Virus record (IMG/VR): IMGVR_UViG_3300009151_000053
Location: 18,213 to 82,212 of that record
Length of the DNA stretch: 64,000 nucleotides
Source of the DNA: a virus
Direction: 5' to 3' (one strand)
Notes under the pieces: model-generated
Databases searched by the model: none
The model's input: only the letters and a program-made list of their open reading frames with translations
What the model was told of the DNA's origin: nothing
In this document: piece after piece, positions 30,257-39,140 of the stretch
Numbering within the stretch: the stretch's first letter is position 1
Layout: every line of letters begins with the position of its first letter
Made by a program: the position numbers and the translations under genes

Positions 30257-31590
30257 TGACCAAGAGAACAGAGTTCTTTTTAAATAATATTTCTGTTAAA
30301 GGCATTATGGCTAATGGTTATATCGGCTCTGCTGGTCAAGCGTTGTTGTCTAATGGTACATCAACCTATTGGGGTGCTGGTGGTGGTTATGCCGGATCAC
30401 AAGGATATACTGGCTCTTCTGGTGCTTATGCAGGGCTTGGCTATACTGGTTCTCAAGGTTATACCGGATCATTTGGTTATACAGGCTCTCAAGGTGATAT
30501 AGGTTATACAGGCTCGCGTGGCTATACTGGTTCTCAAGGTTATACCGGATCATTTGGTTATACCGGATCATTCGGTTACACTGGATCATTTGGCTACACT
30601 GGTTCTTTTGGTTACACTGGATCATTTGGCTATACAGGTTCTTTTGGTTATACCGGATCATTCGGTTACACTGGTTCTTTTGGTTACACTGGTTCTTTTG
30701 GTTACACTGGATCAAGAGGAATAACATATACAGGAATAACTCCACCTGCATCTGCTATTAATGGTGATACTTGGTGGAATCCAGCCACAGGCAATAGATA
30801 TGTTTATTATCAAGATATTGATACCGCTCAATGGGTACAAGATTCTGCTGTAGGTCCTGCTGGTATTACAGGCTATACAGGTTCATTTGGATATACAGGC
30901 TCGCGTGGCTACACTGGTTCTCAAGGTTATACTGGTTCTTCTGGTGCATATGCTGCACTAGGATATACAGGATCGTTAGGATATACTGGGTCGCTAGGAT
31001 ATACAGGTTCAATCGGCTATACTGGTTCTCAAGGTGTTATTGGTTATACAGGTTCATTTGGTTACACGGGCTCAATCGGCTATACTGGCTCTCAAGGTGT
31101 TATTGGTTATACAGGTTCATTTGGTTACACGGGCTCGTTTGGTTACACAGGATCGTTTGGTTACACAGGTTCAATCGGCTATACTGGCTCTCAAGGTGTT
31201 ATTGGTTATACGGGATCGTTTGGCTACACAGGTTCGTCTGGCGCATATGCTGCTATTGGATATACTGGTTCTGGTGGCAATTCTCCAGCACAGTTTAAAT
31301 CTTCTGCATACACGCTTGCTTTCGGTGACGTGATCGCTGCAAATACCTATACAGCCGCATTTTCTCTAAGTCTTCCTGCTTCACCGACAACTGGACAACC
31401 ACCAATAACTATTTTTGATGGTGGTGCTAATGCAACTTTTGCTGGATTTGCCACAAACAACTTGACGGTACTTCGTAATGGAAGCGTTACGATTAATGGT
31501 GTGGCTGATGATGTCTTTTTTGCAGAAAGTGGAATGTCTGTGAAACTTGAATATATGACTGGTGGATGGAGAATGCGAAATGGCGGTTAA
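30256..31590 (+). CDS. GYTGS collagen-like fibre, cassette 1
   Basis: GYTGSx repeats, internal GDTWW...QWVQ module, C-terminal SAYT..GD.IAANT..AAF..SLPASP domain. Confidence 0.8.
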   Translation: MTKRTEFFLNNISVKGIMANGYIGSAGQALLSNGTSTYWGAGGGYAGSQGYTGSSGAYAGLGYTGSQGYTGSFGYTGSQGDIGYTGSRGYTGSQGYTGSFGYTGSFGYTGSFGYTGSFGYTGSFGYTGSFGYTGSFGYTGSFGYTGSFGYTGSRGITYTGITPPASAINGDTWWNPATGNRYVYYQDIDTAQWVQDSAVGPAGITGYTGSFGYTGSRGYTGSQGYTGSSGAYAALGYTGSLGYTGSLGYTGSIGYTGSQGVIGYTGSFGYTGSIGYTGSQGVIGYTGSFGYTGSFGYTGSFGYTGSIGYTGSQGVIGYTGSFGYTGSSGAYAAIGYTGSGGNSPAQFKSSAYTLAFGDVIAANTYTAAFSLSLPASPTTGQPPITIFDGGANATFAGFATNNLTVLRNGSVTINGVADDVFFAESGMSVKLEYMTGGWRMRNGG

Positions 31591-32269
31591 TGCATCAACT
31601 TTATTATTTACTGGTAAAGGCACTGCTCGTTTATTAGATAGACAAGTTTTTACATCTTCTGGCACTTGGACCAAACCTGCTAATGGCGCTGGCAATATTG
31701 CTGCTGGAGTAGGAAAGATTGTTAAGGTTTGGTTGATTGGTGGGGGTGGCGCTGGTTCTTATTATTACCAAAACGTTGCTACTGGTGGCGGCGGTGGTGG
31801 ATTGACTGAAAAATATATAGATGTAATTGAATGTGCAGCAACTGTGACAGTTACGATTGGCGCTGGTGGGGCTTCTAGTCTTCTAAATGGCGGAGACACT
31901 ACATTTGGAACTTTAGGTCGTGCTGGTGGTGGTAGAGGCGGTCAAAGTCATTATACAGGCGGTCCTGGTGGTGGCGGTACTTATCCAGGAGGAGAAGGTG
32001 GTTCGTGGTTTTATGATCCGATAACGACATCTTATATTTCTGCTAGTGGTCAATCTGGAGGTGGTGCAGGTGGTGGCGCGGGCGGCGGAGTTAACACTGC
32101 AAAAGGCGGCGATGGCGCTGGAATATATGGTGTTGATTATGGTCCAGGTGCTGGAGGCGATAATGGCGCTACTGGTAAACTTTATGGCGGTGGTGGAAGT
32201 GTTAATATGTCAACGCTTAATGGAAACGTCGGCGCTGCTGGTGTAGCAGTTATTGAAGTTTGGGGATAA
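31580..32269 (+). CDS. Glycine-rich adhesin-like tip protein 1
   Basis: Start revised to the overlapping ATG (MAVN). FTSSGTWTKP...LIGGGG.G...GAAGVAVIEVWG. Confidence 0.75.
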   Translation: MAVNASTLLFTGKGTARLLDRQVFTSSGTWTKPANGAGNIAAGVGKIVKVWLIGGGGAGSYYYQNVATGGGGGGLTEKYIDVIECAATVTVTIGAGGASSLLNGGDTTFGTLGRAGGGRGGQSHYTGGPGGGGTYPGGEGGSWFYDPITTSYISASGQSGGGAGGGAGGGVNTAKGGDGAGIYGVDYGPGAGGDNGATGKLYGGGGSVNMSTLNGNVGAAGVAVIEVWG

Positions 32270-32275
32270 ATAATA

Positions 32276-32992
32276 ATGTCAACTAATGCATCAATTTTAT
32301 TAACTGCTGGCGCTGGTGGGGGCGTTGCTCGTCTATTGGATAGACAAATATTTACTACAAACGGCACTTGGACAAAGCCAGCAAACAATGCAGGTAATAT
32401 TGCTTCTGGTGTTGGTAAACTTGTAAAGATTTGGTTAATAGGCGCAGGTGGATCGGGATCAGTAGTTGGGACTGCTGGCGCTACATCTGCTGGTGGCGGT
32501 GGCGGCGGGTTAACACAAAAGTTTATAGATATCAGTGAATGTGGCGCTACAGTCTCTGTTACAATTGGTGCTGGTGGAACTGCATCAGGTAATAATGGTG
32601 GAGACACTACATTTGGAACTTTAGGTCGTGCTGGTGGCGGTAAGGGTGCAATAAGCACAAAAGAAGGTGGTCCTGGAGGCGGAGGTACGTTTCCTGGCGG
32701 TGCTGGTGGATCGTGGTTTTTAAATCCTATAAATTCAATTTATAATGGAATGAATGGTAAATCTGGTGGTGGTGCTGGTGGGGGTTCTGGCATGGGACAA
32801 AATGTTGGCAAAGGCGGAGATAGTTCTGGGATTGTCGGGTCTGATTATGGTCCCGGCGCTGGTGGTGGCACTTCTGGCGCTGGTAATAATGGAAATCTTT
32901 ATGGCGGTGGTGGTTCTGGTGGCACTTCTGCTAATAGTAATAATGGATTTACTGGTGCTGCTGGTGTAGCAGTTATTGAAGTTTGGGGATAA
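32276..32992 (+). CDS. Glycine-rich adhesin-like tip protein 2 (tandem paralog)
   Basis: Same scaffold as 31580 with different inter-Gly loops. Confidence 0.75.
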   Translation: MSTNASILLTAGAGGGVARLLDRQIFTTNGTWTKPANNAGNIASGVGKLVKIWLIGAGGSGSVVGTAGATSAGGGGGGLTQKFIDISECGATVSVTIGAGGTASGNNGGDTTFGTLGRAGGGKGAISTKEGGPGGGGTFPGGAGGSWFLNPINSIYNGMNGKSGGGAGGGSGMGQNVGKGGDSSGIVGSDYGPGAGGGTSGAGNNGNLYGGGGSGGTSANSNNGFTGAAGVAVIEVWG

Positions 32993-33003
32993 GGAGAAAT
33001 CAA

Positions 33004-33420
33004 ATGAGACACGCGATTATAAAAGACAGTATTGTTATAAATGTAGCATTATGGGATGGAGAGACTGAATGGACATCTCCTGAAGGCACTACAGTTGTGT
33101 CTTGTCCAGATGATGCTGGTCCAAATTGGTTATATGATGGTGTTAACTTTACTGCACCACCACATCTAGAAAATATTATTACAGAAGCGCCTTTACAAAA
33201 GATAGATTTTTTAAGATTATTCACACAGGAAGAAAGAATTGCAATCAAAGAAGCAGCAAAAACAAATGCTGTTGTTGAAGATTATCAGTATATGCTTGAC
33301 AACTCTACAATTGTTTTATTAAGCGATCCAGATATTCAAACGGGCATTCCTATGTTAGAATCAGCAGGATTGATCGGCATAGGACGTGCTGCACAGATTC
33401 TTTCGGGGGTTAAACCTTAA
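33004..33420 (+). CDS. Putative fibre-assembly chaperone, copy 1
   Basis: Start revised to the ATG behind AGGAG (MRHAII). W.YDGVNFTAP; FLRLFTQEERIAI...GRAAQIL. Confidence 0.65.
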   Translation: MRHAIIKDSIVINVALWDGETEWTSPEGTTVVSCPDDAGPNWLYDGVNFTAPPHLENIITEAPLQKIDFLRLFTQEERIAIKEAAKTNAVVEDYQYMLDNSTIVLLSDPDIQTGIPMLESAGLIGIGRAAQILSGVKP

Positions 33421-33423
33421 TAA

Positions 33424-34986
33424 ATGGCTTTATTAGACTTTCCTGCTAGCCCAACAAACGGACAGACATATGAATCAGGTGGTACCACTTGGGCATATGA
33501 CTCTTCTATAGGTGTATGGTCTATTACATCATCTGGTTATTCTGGTTATACAGGATCACTTGGATATACTGGCTCTATTGGATATACAGGATCGTTTGGT
33601 TACACTGGCTCTCAAGGTGTTATTGGCTATACGGGATCGTTTGGTTATACAGGATCGCAGGGCGTTATTGGCTATACAGGCTCTCAAGGTGTTATTGGCT
33701 ATACAGGTTCATTCGGATACACTGGCTCATTAGGCTATACAGGTTCGTTCGGATATACTGGCTCTCAAGGTGTTATTGGGTATACAGGTTCATTTGGATA
33801 TACTGGCTCATTAGGTTATACAGGTTCATTCGGATATACTGGCTCTCAGGGTGTCATTGGTTATACAGGATCGTTTGGTTATACCGGATCACTTGGCTAT
33901 ACAGGTTCTCAAGGTGTTATTGGCTACACTGGCTCTCAAGGTGTTATTGGCTATACCGGATCACTTGGTTATACAGGTTCTCAAGGTGATTTTGGCTATA
34001 CAGGTTCACTTGGTTACACTGGCTCTCAAGGTGTTATTGGTTATACCGGATCACTTGGTTATACAGGTTCTCAAGGCGATTTTGGCTATACAGGTTCACT
34101 TGGATATTCCGGTTCTCAAGGCTACACAGGTTCTTCTGGTGCATATGCTGGTATGGGCTATACTGGTTCTGGAGGATATACAGGATCAAGAGGAACTGAT
34201 GGTGTTATCGGTTATAATGGATCGACTGGATACACTGGTTCTGCTGGTGCTGGTTATACTGGTTCTAGAGGCTACACCTATACGGGTTCAACTCCTCCAG
34301 TGTCTGCTATTTCTGGTGACACTTGGTGGGACACTGAAACTGGTAATAGATATGTTTATTATGTTGACATTGATACAAGCCAATGGGTTCAAGATTCTGC
34401 TGTAGGTCCTGCTGGTATTATCGGTTACACAGGCTCATCTGGTGCATATGCTGCTATAGGCTATACAGGGTCTCAAGGACTATTAGGATATTCTGGACCA
34501 ATTGGTTACACAGGCTCTGCATCAACTGTTATCGGTTACACAGGCTCGTTTGGTTACACTGGTTCTATTGGCTATACTGGATCACTTGGTTACACTGGCT
34601 CTGCATCAACAGTTATCGGATATACAGGCTCTATCGGTTATACAGGATCATTAGGATATGCTGGATCAGCAGGAAGAACTCCAGCACAACTTAAGACTTC
34701 AGCATACACAGCGGTAGCAGGTGATGTACTTGCTGCGAATACATATACAGCAGCATTTAACATAAGTCTTCCTGCATCACCAACAGTTGGACAAGTTCCA
34801 ATAGTGATTTTTGATGGTGGTGCTAATAGCACATTTAATGGGTTTGCTACGAACAACTTAACAGTTCTTCGCAATAGTGGTGCTACGATTAATGGTGTTG
34901 CTGATGATGTGTATATGGCATTGAAGGGACAATCAGCGATATTTGAATATATGGCAAGCGGATGGAGAGTAAGAAATGGCGGTTAA
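33424..34986 (+). CDS. GYTGS collagen-like fibre, cassette 2
   Basis: N-terminal LDFPASPTNGQ, long GYTGSx tract, GDTWW module, same C-terminal domain as 30256. Confidence 0.8.
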   Translation: MALLDFPASPTNGQTYESGGTTWAYDSSIGVWSITSSGYSGYTGSLGYTGSIGYTGSFGYTGSQGVIGYTGSFGYTGSQGVIGYTGSQGVIGYTGSFGYTGSLGYTGSFGYTGSQGVIGYTGSFGYTGSLGYTGSFGYTGSQGVIGYTGSFGYTGSLGYTGSQGVIGYTGSQGVIGYTGSLGYTGSQGDFGYTGSLGYTGSQGVIGYTGSLGYTGSQGDFGYTGSLGYSGSQGYTGSSGAYAGMGYTGSGGYTGSRGTDGVIGYNGSTGYTGSAGAGYTGSRGYTYTGSTPPVSAISGDTWWDTETGNRYVYYVDIDTSQWVQDSAVGPAGIIGYTGSSGAYAAIGYTGSQGLLGYSGPIGYTGSASTVIGYTGSFGYTGSIGYTGSLGYTGSASTVIGYTGSIGYTGSLGYAGSAGRTPAQLKTSAYTAVAGDVLAANTYTAAFNISLPASPTVGQVPIVIFDGGANSTFNGFATNNLTVLRNSGATINGVADDVYMALKGQSAIFEYMASGWRVRNGG

Positions 34987-35764
34987 TCTAGCCACATTAG
35001 TAAATTTTGGGTCTGTTGCGGGGTTGCGATTGCTCGACCGTCAAACTCTTACTTCGTCGGGAACATGGACTAAACCAGCCGATAACGCCGGAAATGTTCT
35101 TGCTGGGATTAATAAAATATTAGTGGCAAAGGTTGTTGGCGGGGGCGGAGGCGGAAGCGGATACAATGGCGGCGGAGGAGGAGGGTATAGCGAAGAAGTT
35201 TGGGATATTTCTCAAATAGCCGCTACAGTAAGTTACACAGTGGGCGCGGCTGGTGCAGCAGGTGGCATTGGAGGCAACAGTAATTTTGGAATATATGCTT
35301 TTGCTGGAGGGGGCTTGCCTGGATATAATAGTTACGATATTGGAACAATAGCGACAACTACAGGACAAAACGCATACTTATATGCTTTTGCTTCCGCTTT
35401 TGCCACCAATTTTCAAAGCACTCAAGGTGGTAGTGGTAGGTATAAAGGTGGTGCTGGTGCTATGTTTTTGTCGCCATATTTCAGTGGCACTGGATCGTAT
35501 GCTGGTCTGATATCTATGCCAGCTACTAATAATGGTGGCGCGGGCGGTGGCGGGGCGTTCAACAATCTTTCAGGGTCTGGACAGATCGCTTCGAGTGCAG
35601 GACTTACTGCCGCTGCTAATAATGCTTCTAGCGTATATGGTCCTGGGGGCGGCGGTGACAACGGGTATGCTGGAAAATTATATGGCGGCGGTGGCGGGAC
35701 CAATTCTGGAGCATCAGGTCTTGCGGGTGCTCAAGGTGTTGTTGTAGTTGAAGTTTGGGGATAA
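34976..35764 (+). CDS. Glycine-rich adhesin-like tip protein 3
   Basis: RLLDRQ.LTSSGTWTKP...GKLYGGGGG...GVVVVEVWG. Confidence 0.75.
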   Translation: MAVNLATLVNFGSVAGLRLLDRQTLTSSGTWTKPADNAGNVLAGINKILVAKVVGGGGGGSGYNGGGGGGYSEEVWDISQIAATVSYTVGAAGAAGGIGGNSNFGIYAFAGGGLPGYNSYDIGTIATTTGQNAYLYAFASAFATNFQSTQGGSGRYKGGAGAMFLSPYFSGTGSYAGLISMPATNNGGAGGGGAFNNLSGSGQIASSAGLTAAANNASSVYGPGGGGDNGYAGKLYGGGGGTNSGASGLAGAQGVVVVEVWG

Positions 35765-35775
35765 GGAGAAACCAA

Positions 35776-36195
35776 ATGAGACACGCAATTATAGAAAACA
35801 ATACAGTTATAAATGTGGCATTATGGGATGGAGAGACTGAATGGACTCCCCCGGAGAATACTATCGTGGTAAGTTGTGCTGATGATGTGGGCCCAGATTG
35901 GCTATATGACGGTGTTAACTTTACTGCGCCAACGTTAAATCAAGAAAATATTATTACGGAAGTGCCATATCAAAAAATTGATTTTCTGAGACTATTTACT
36001 CAAGCGGAACGAATGGCAATCAAAGAAGCGGCCAAGACCAATCCCGTTGTAGAAGATTATCAATACATGCTCGATAATTCATCAACTATACTATTAAGCG
36101 ATCCAGATATTCAAGATGGCGTTCCTCTCTTAGAATCGGCAGGATTAATAGGAGAAGGTCGTGCTGCACAAATTCTTTCGGGGGTTAAACCATAA
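35776..36195 (+). CDS. Putative fibre-assembly chaperone, copy 2
   Basis: Close paralog of 33004; start revised to the ATG behind AGGAG. Confidence 0.65.
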   Translation: MRHAIIENNTVINVALWDGETEWTPPENTIVVSCADDVGPDWLYDGVNFTAPTLNQENIITEVPYQKIDFLRLFTQAERMAIKEAAKTNPVVEDYQYMLDNSSTILLSDPDIQDGVPLLESAGLIGEGRAAQILSGVKP

Positions 36196-36198
36196 ACC

Positions 36199-36423
36199 AT
36201 GGCAGATTTAAACTTTCCAGGCAGTCCAACAAATGGACAAACTTATGTATCGGGCGCGACAACTTGGGTTTATAACTCCACAAAAGGGATATGGTCAATA
36301 TCATCTTCTGGATATTCTGGTTATACAGGCTCTAAGGGTCTTGATGCATCATTCAATATTGATGGCGGGTTTCCAAATTCTACATATGGTGGAATAACAT
36401 CTATTGATGCGGGCGGTGTATAA
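36199..36423 (+). CDS. 74-aa adaptor (LNFP N-terminus, DGG C-terminus)
   Basis: MADLNFPGSPTNGQ...GYTGS...IDGGFP...IDAGGV. Confidence 0.75.
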   Translation: MADLNFPGSPTNGQTYVSGATTWVYNSTKGIWSISSSGYSGYTGSKGLDASFNIDGGFPNSTYGGITSIDAGGV

Positions 36424-36426
36424 ATA
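36419..36426 (+). promoter_or_regulatory. Late promoter TATAAATA
   Basis: Exact consensus overlapping the stop of 36199, upstream of 36452. Confidence 0.6.
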
Positions 36427-36451
36427 TGACTATAAACATTAGGGCTGATCA

Positions 36452-36988
36452 ATGACTGTACAAATTCAACTTAGAAGAGGCACGGCTGCACAATGGACTA
36501 GCAGCAATCCTACGCTCGCGCTTGCTGAAATGGGAATTGAGACTGATACCGCTCTATTCAAGTTAGGCGATGGTGCGACTTCTTGGGTCTCATTGCCATA
36601 TGGCGGTATTCAAGGCTATATGGGTTCTAGAGGATATACTGGCTCTAAAGGTATTGCGTCTTTAGGAACAACACCTCCTGCTTCTCCTATGAATGGTGAT
36701 CTTTGGTGGGACACTGAGACAGGAAATCGATTCATTTATTATAACGACGGCAACTCTTCGCAATGGGTTCAAGATACAGCATTAGGTCCTGCTGGTGTTA
36801 TTGGATATACAGGTTCTCAAGGACCTATTGGCTATACAGGTTCAATTGGTTACACAGGTTCTGCATCAACTGTTATTGGTTATACAGGATCGATTGGTTA
36901 TACGGGATCAATAGGTATAGGTTATACCGGTTCATCGGTTTCAGACGCGCAACTAGGATTCTTAATCGCATTAACAGTAGCACTTTAA
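36452..36988 (+). CDS. Short GYTGS fibre with Mtd-type N-terminus
   Basis: QIQLRRGTAAQW...EMGIETDT..FKLGDG; GDLWW module; C-terminal LIALTVAL. Confidence 0.78.
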   Translation: MTVQIQLRRGTAAQWTSSNPTLALAEMGIETDTALFKLGDGATSWVSLPYGGIQGYMGSRGYTGSKGIASLGTTPPASPMNGDLWWDTETGNRFIYYNDGNSSQWVQDTALGPAGVIGYTGSQGPIGYTGSIGYTGSASTVIGYTGSIGYTGSIGIGYTGSSVSDAQLGFLIALTVAL

Positions 36989-37000
36989 GGAGATAACTAA

Positions 37001-37411
37001 ATGGCTGTTACGCCAAATTCAATCATTACACCACAAACGCCTATCGGCGCAACTGCTGTTGTCACGACTGGTAACGCGACTTATACAGATTCGCCTACCA
37101 ACACAGTTCAACTATTAGCATCACAAACTAATGGCGCTCGTATTCAAAAGATCACTGCATTAGCAAGAGCGACTCCGTCGGCTACAGAATTGCAGTTGTT
37201 TGTTTCTTCTGATGCTGGTACAACAAAGCGTTTTATCAAGTCGGTTGTTATGCCAGCATATACTGTTGCACAGACTACTGGTCAAACTGCTATTGATTTT
37301 GGTTATTCTGATTCTTTTCCATTGATTCTTTCAAATACAGAAAGTCTTTGGGTTGGTATTGGTGTGACTAACACGGGTATTGTTTTCCGTGCAGAAGGGT
37401 ATGCATACTAA
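37001..37411 (+). CDS. Small structural/adaptor protein
   Basis: 136 aa, GGAG RBS, beta-rich (GARIQKI...LQLFVS...LILS..ESLWV). Confidence 0.65.
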   Translation: MAVTPNSIITPQTPIGATAVVTTGNATYTDSPTNTVQLLASQTNGARIQKITALARATPSATELQLFVSSDAGTTKRFIKSVVMPAYTVAQTTGQTAIDFGYSDSFPLILSNTESLWVGIGVTNTGIVFRAEGYAY

Positions 37412-37414
37412 ATC

Positions 37415-38425
37415 ATGCAAGGCGCTAGACCACCAAGTTATCAAAGAATGATGTCTAGCCAATACATGCGCCAGCATAATAATATGCCGCATCAAAATAT
37501 GTCTGGTAATCCTAGATCGCAAAAGATTCTTCGCGATGAAATATATTCGTTTTCAACGGCAACGTTTACTCCAGGAGGGGCGGTTTTTGCTACTGGTCCT
37601 ACTCTCTCTCAAGTAAAATCTGGATTAATATTTGATGGCGATAGATCATGGACAGATGATACGACAAATCTTAGCACTACAGGCACAAACGGCGGTATTA
37701 TATTGTGGAAAGTTCCATCAACGGGAACCTATACGCTTGATTTATATGGAGCACAAGGCGGAACAGATGGCAATTATCTTGTTCCTGGAGCTTTAGGTGC
37801 TAGAATCAAAGGTGATTTTTTATTAACAAAAGGTCAAATATTGGCTTTGGTTGTGGGACAAAAAGGACAAGACGATAGACCAAACTTTAACAATGCATGG
37901 GGTGGCGGAGGCGGTGGAGGCTCTTTTGTGTGGGTTAATGGAACAACGTCCGCACCCTTAATTGCTGCTGGTGGAGGTGGGTCGGGTGGACAAAACCCTA
38001 CTGGCGATATTTTGAGTAAGGCTGGAGGACAAATTGGAACTTCAGGAGCACAGTTTGCATCGGGCGGCGCTGGAGGTACTGGAGGAGTTGCGGGTGCTGG
38101 AGGCGGATGTGGTGGAGGTGGTGGACAAGGATGGTTTGGCGGAACATCTGGACACTGCGGCGGCGGCTTTACTTGGGCAGCAACATATACTGATCCGACT
38201 GGATTGACTGCATATGCATCCAGTGCAAGAGGCGGCTTTGGTGGCGGAGGGGGTTCTTATGGTGGTGGCGGTGGTGGCGGCGGATATTCTGGTGGTGGTG
38301 GTGCCGCGTGGTCTTATTCATATTATGGTGGCGGTGGAGGCTCTTATAACGTCGGCACTAATCAAACTTTAGTGGGCGCTACAAATTCAGATAACGGCAA
38401 AATAATCATTACGAAGGTAATATAA
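37415..38425 (+). CDS. Glycine-rich adhesin-like protein (ALK/LTK-type Gly-rich domain)
   Basis: W.VP.TG.Y....YGAQGG...G.F.L..GQ.L..VVGQKG...GGGGGSFV...PLIAAGGGG...GGGGGYSGG...GGGGGSYN. Confidence 0.75.
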   Translation: MQGARPPSYQRMMSSQYMRQHNNMPHQNMSGNPRSQKILRDEIYSFSTATFTPGGAVFATGPTLSQVKSGLIFDGDRSWTDDTTNLSTTGTNGGIILWKVPSTGTYTLDLYGAQGGTDGNYLVPGALGARIKGDFLLTKGQILALVVGQKGQDDRPNFNNAWGGGGGGGSFVWVNGTTSAPLIAAGGGGSGGQNPTGDILSKAGGQIGTSGAQFASGGAGGTGGVAGAGGGCGGGGGQGWFGGTSGHCGGGFTWAATYTDPTGLTAYASSARGGFGGGGGSYGGGGGGGGYSGGGGAAWSYSYYGGGGGSYNVGTNQTLVGATNSDNGKIIITKVI

Positions 38426-38616
38426 TGAATTTAAGAATACCAGGAATAGAAGCAGAAGATATCGTAATAAAAAAGTTGGATATATGCAAATCGTGTGATC
38501 AGTTTCAAGATGCCTTTATATCCACATGTAAAGTGTGTAACTGTATGCTTGAAGCAAAAGCAAGGATTATCAAATCTTGGTGTCCTCTTGGAAAATGGGA
38601 CCACCTTATAACATAA
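38425..38616 (+). CDS. Small Cys-rich protein (DUF6171-like)
   Basis: CKSC...CKVCNC...K.....CPLGKW; TAATG-coupled. Confidence 0.7.
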   Translation: MNLRIPGIEAEDIVIKKLDICKSCDQFQDAFISTCKVCNCMLEAKARIIKSWCPLGKWDHLIT

Positions 38617-38619
38617 ATA
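38612..38619 (+). promoter_or_regulatory. Late-promoter variant CATAAATA
   Basis: Upstream of the AGGA RBS of 38643. Confidence 0.45.
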
Positions 38620-38642
38620 GAAGACGTTAACAGGAAAAAATC

Positions 38643-39131
38643 ATGGCTGCGTTAGACTTTCCATCTAGCCCTACAAATGGGCAAGTATATACATCAGGAA
38701 CAACTTCGTGGTCTTACAGCACTGCGAAGACTGCATGGATTGTACTTGGTACTGGATTCTCCGGCTACACAGGTTCTCTTGGTTACACTGGTTCAATCGG
38801 ATATACTGGCTCACTTGGATATGTCGGCTCTAAAGGAACAACACAAACTGGAATAACACCTCCAGTATCGCCGCTTTCTGGCGATCAATGGTGGGATAGT
38901 GAAACAGGCAATCTGTATGTCTATTATAACGACGGAAACTCTTCACAATGGGTACAGCAATCTCTAGGCGCTTCTGTTGCTGGAGGTAACACAAATATTC
39001 AGTTCAATGATAGCGGTGTTGCTGCTGGTACATCTGCATTAACATTTGACAAAACAACAAACATTATGAAGATAAATAATGTTGCCGTGCCAGATATGAT
39101 AACCATGATGACATTTAATCTGGCGCTATAA
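38643..39131 (+). CDS. Short GYTGS fibre/branch protein
   Basis: LDFPSSPTNGQ N-terminus, GDQWW module, NIQFNDSG, C-terminal MTFNLAL. Confidence 0.75.
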   Translation: MAALDFPSSPTNGQVYTSGTTSWSYSTAKTAWIVLGTGFSGYTGSLGYTGSIGYTGSLGYVGSKGTTQTGITPPVSPLSGDQWWDSETGNLYVYYNDGNSSQWVQQSLGASVAGGNTNIQFNDSGVAAGTSALTFDKTTNIMKINNVAVPDMITMMTFNLAL

Positions 39132-39140
39132 GGACAGACA

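Noticed and set aside
31570-31590. Programmed frameshift fusing fibre and adhesin
   Set aside because: No slippery heptamer; an RBS plus overlapping ATG explains the junction.
30831-34694. Alternative-frame ORFs with WLYR, LVIQ or IQCN repeats (e.g. 30831, 33516, 33851, 30350, 34383)
   Set aside because: Shadows of the GYTGS repeat, whose other frames lack stops; no RBS support.
31580-35764. Diversity-generating retroelement acting on the adhesin paralogs (Mtd-like heads are nearby)
   Set aside because: Differences include indels and all base types rather than adenine-only changes; no reverse transcriptase or template repeat is visible in the window.
30256-36195. Invertase-driven tail-fibre shufflon
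   Set aside because: All cassettes are in direct orientation; no recombinase gene or inverted crossover sites were seen.
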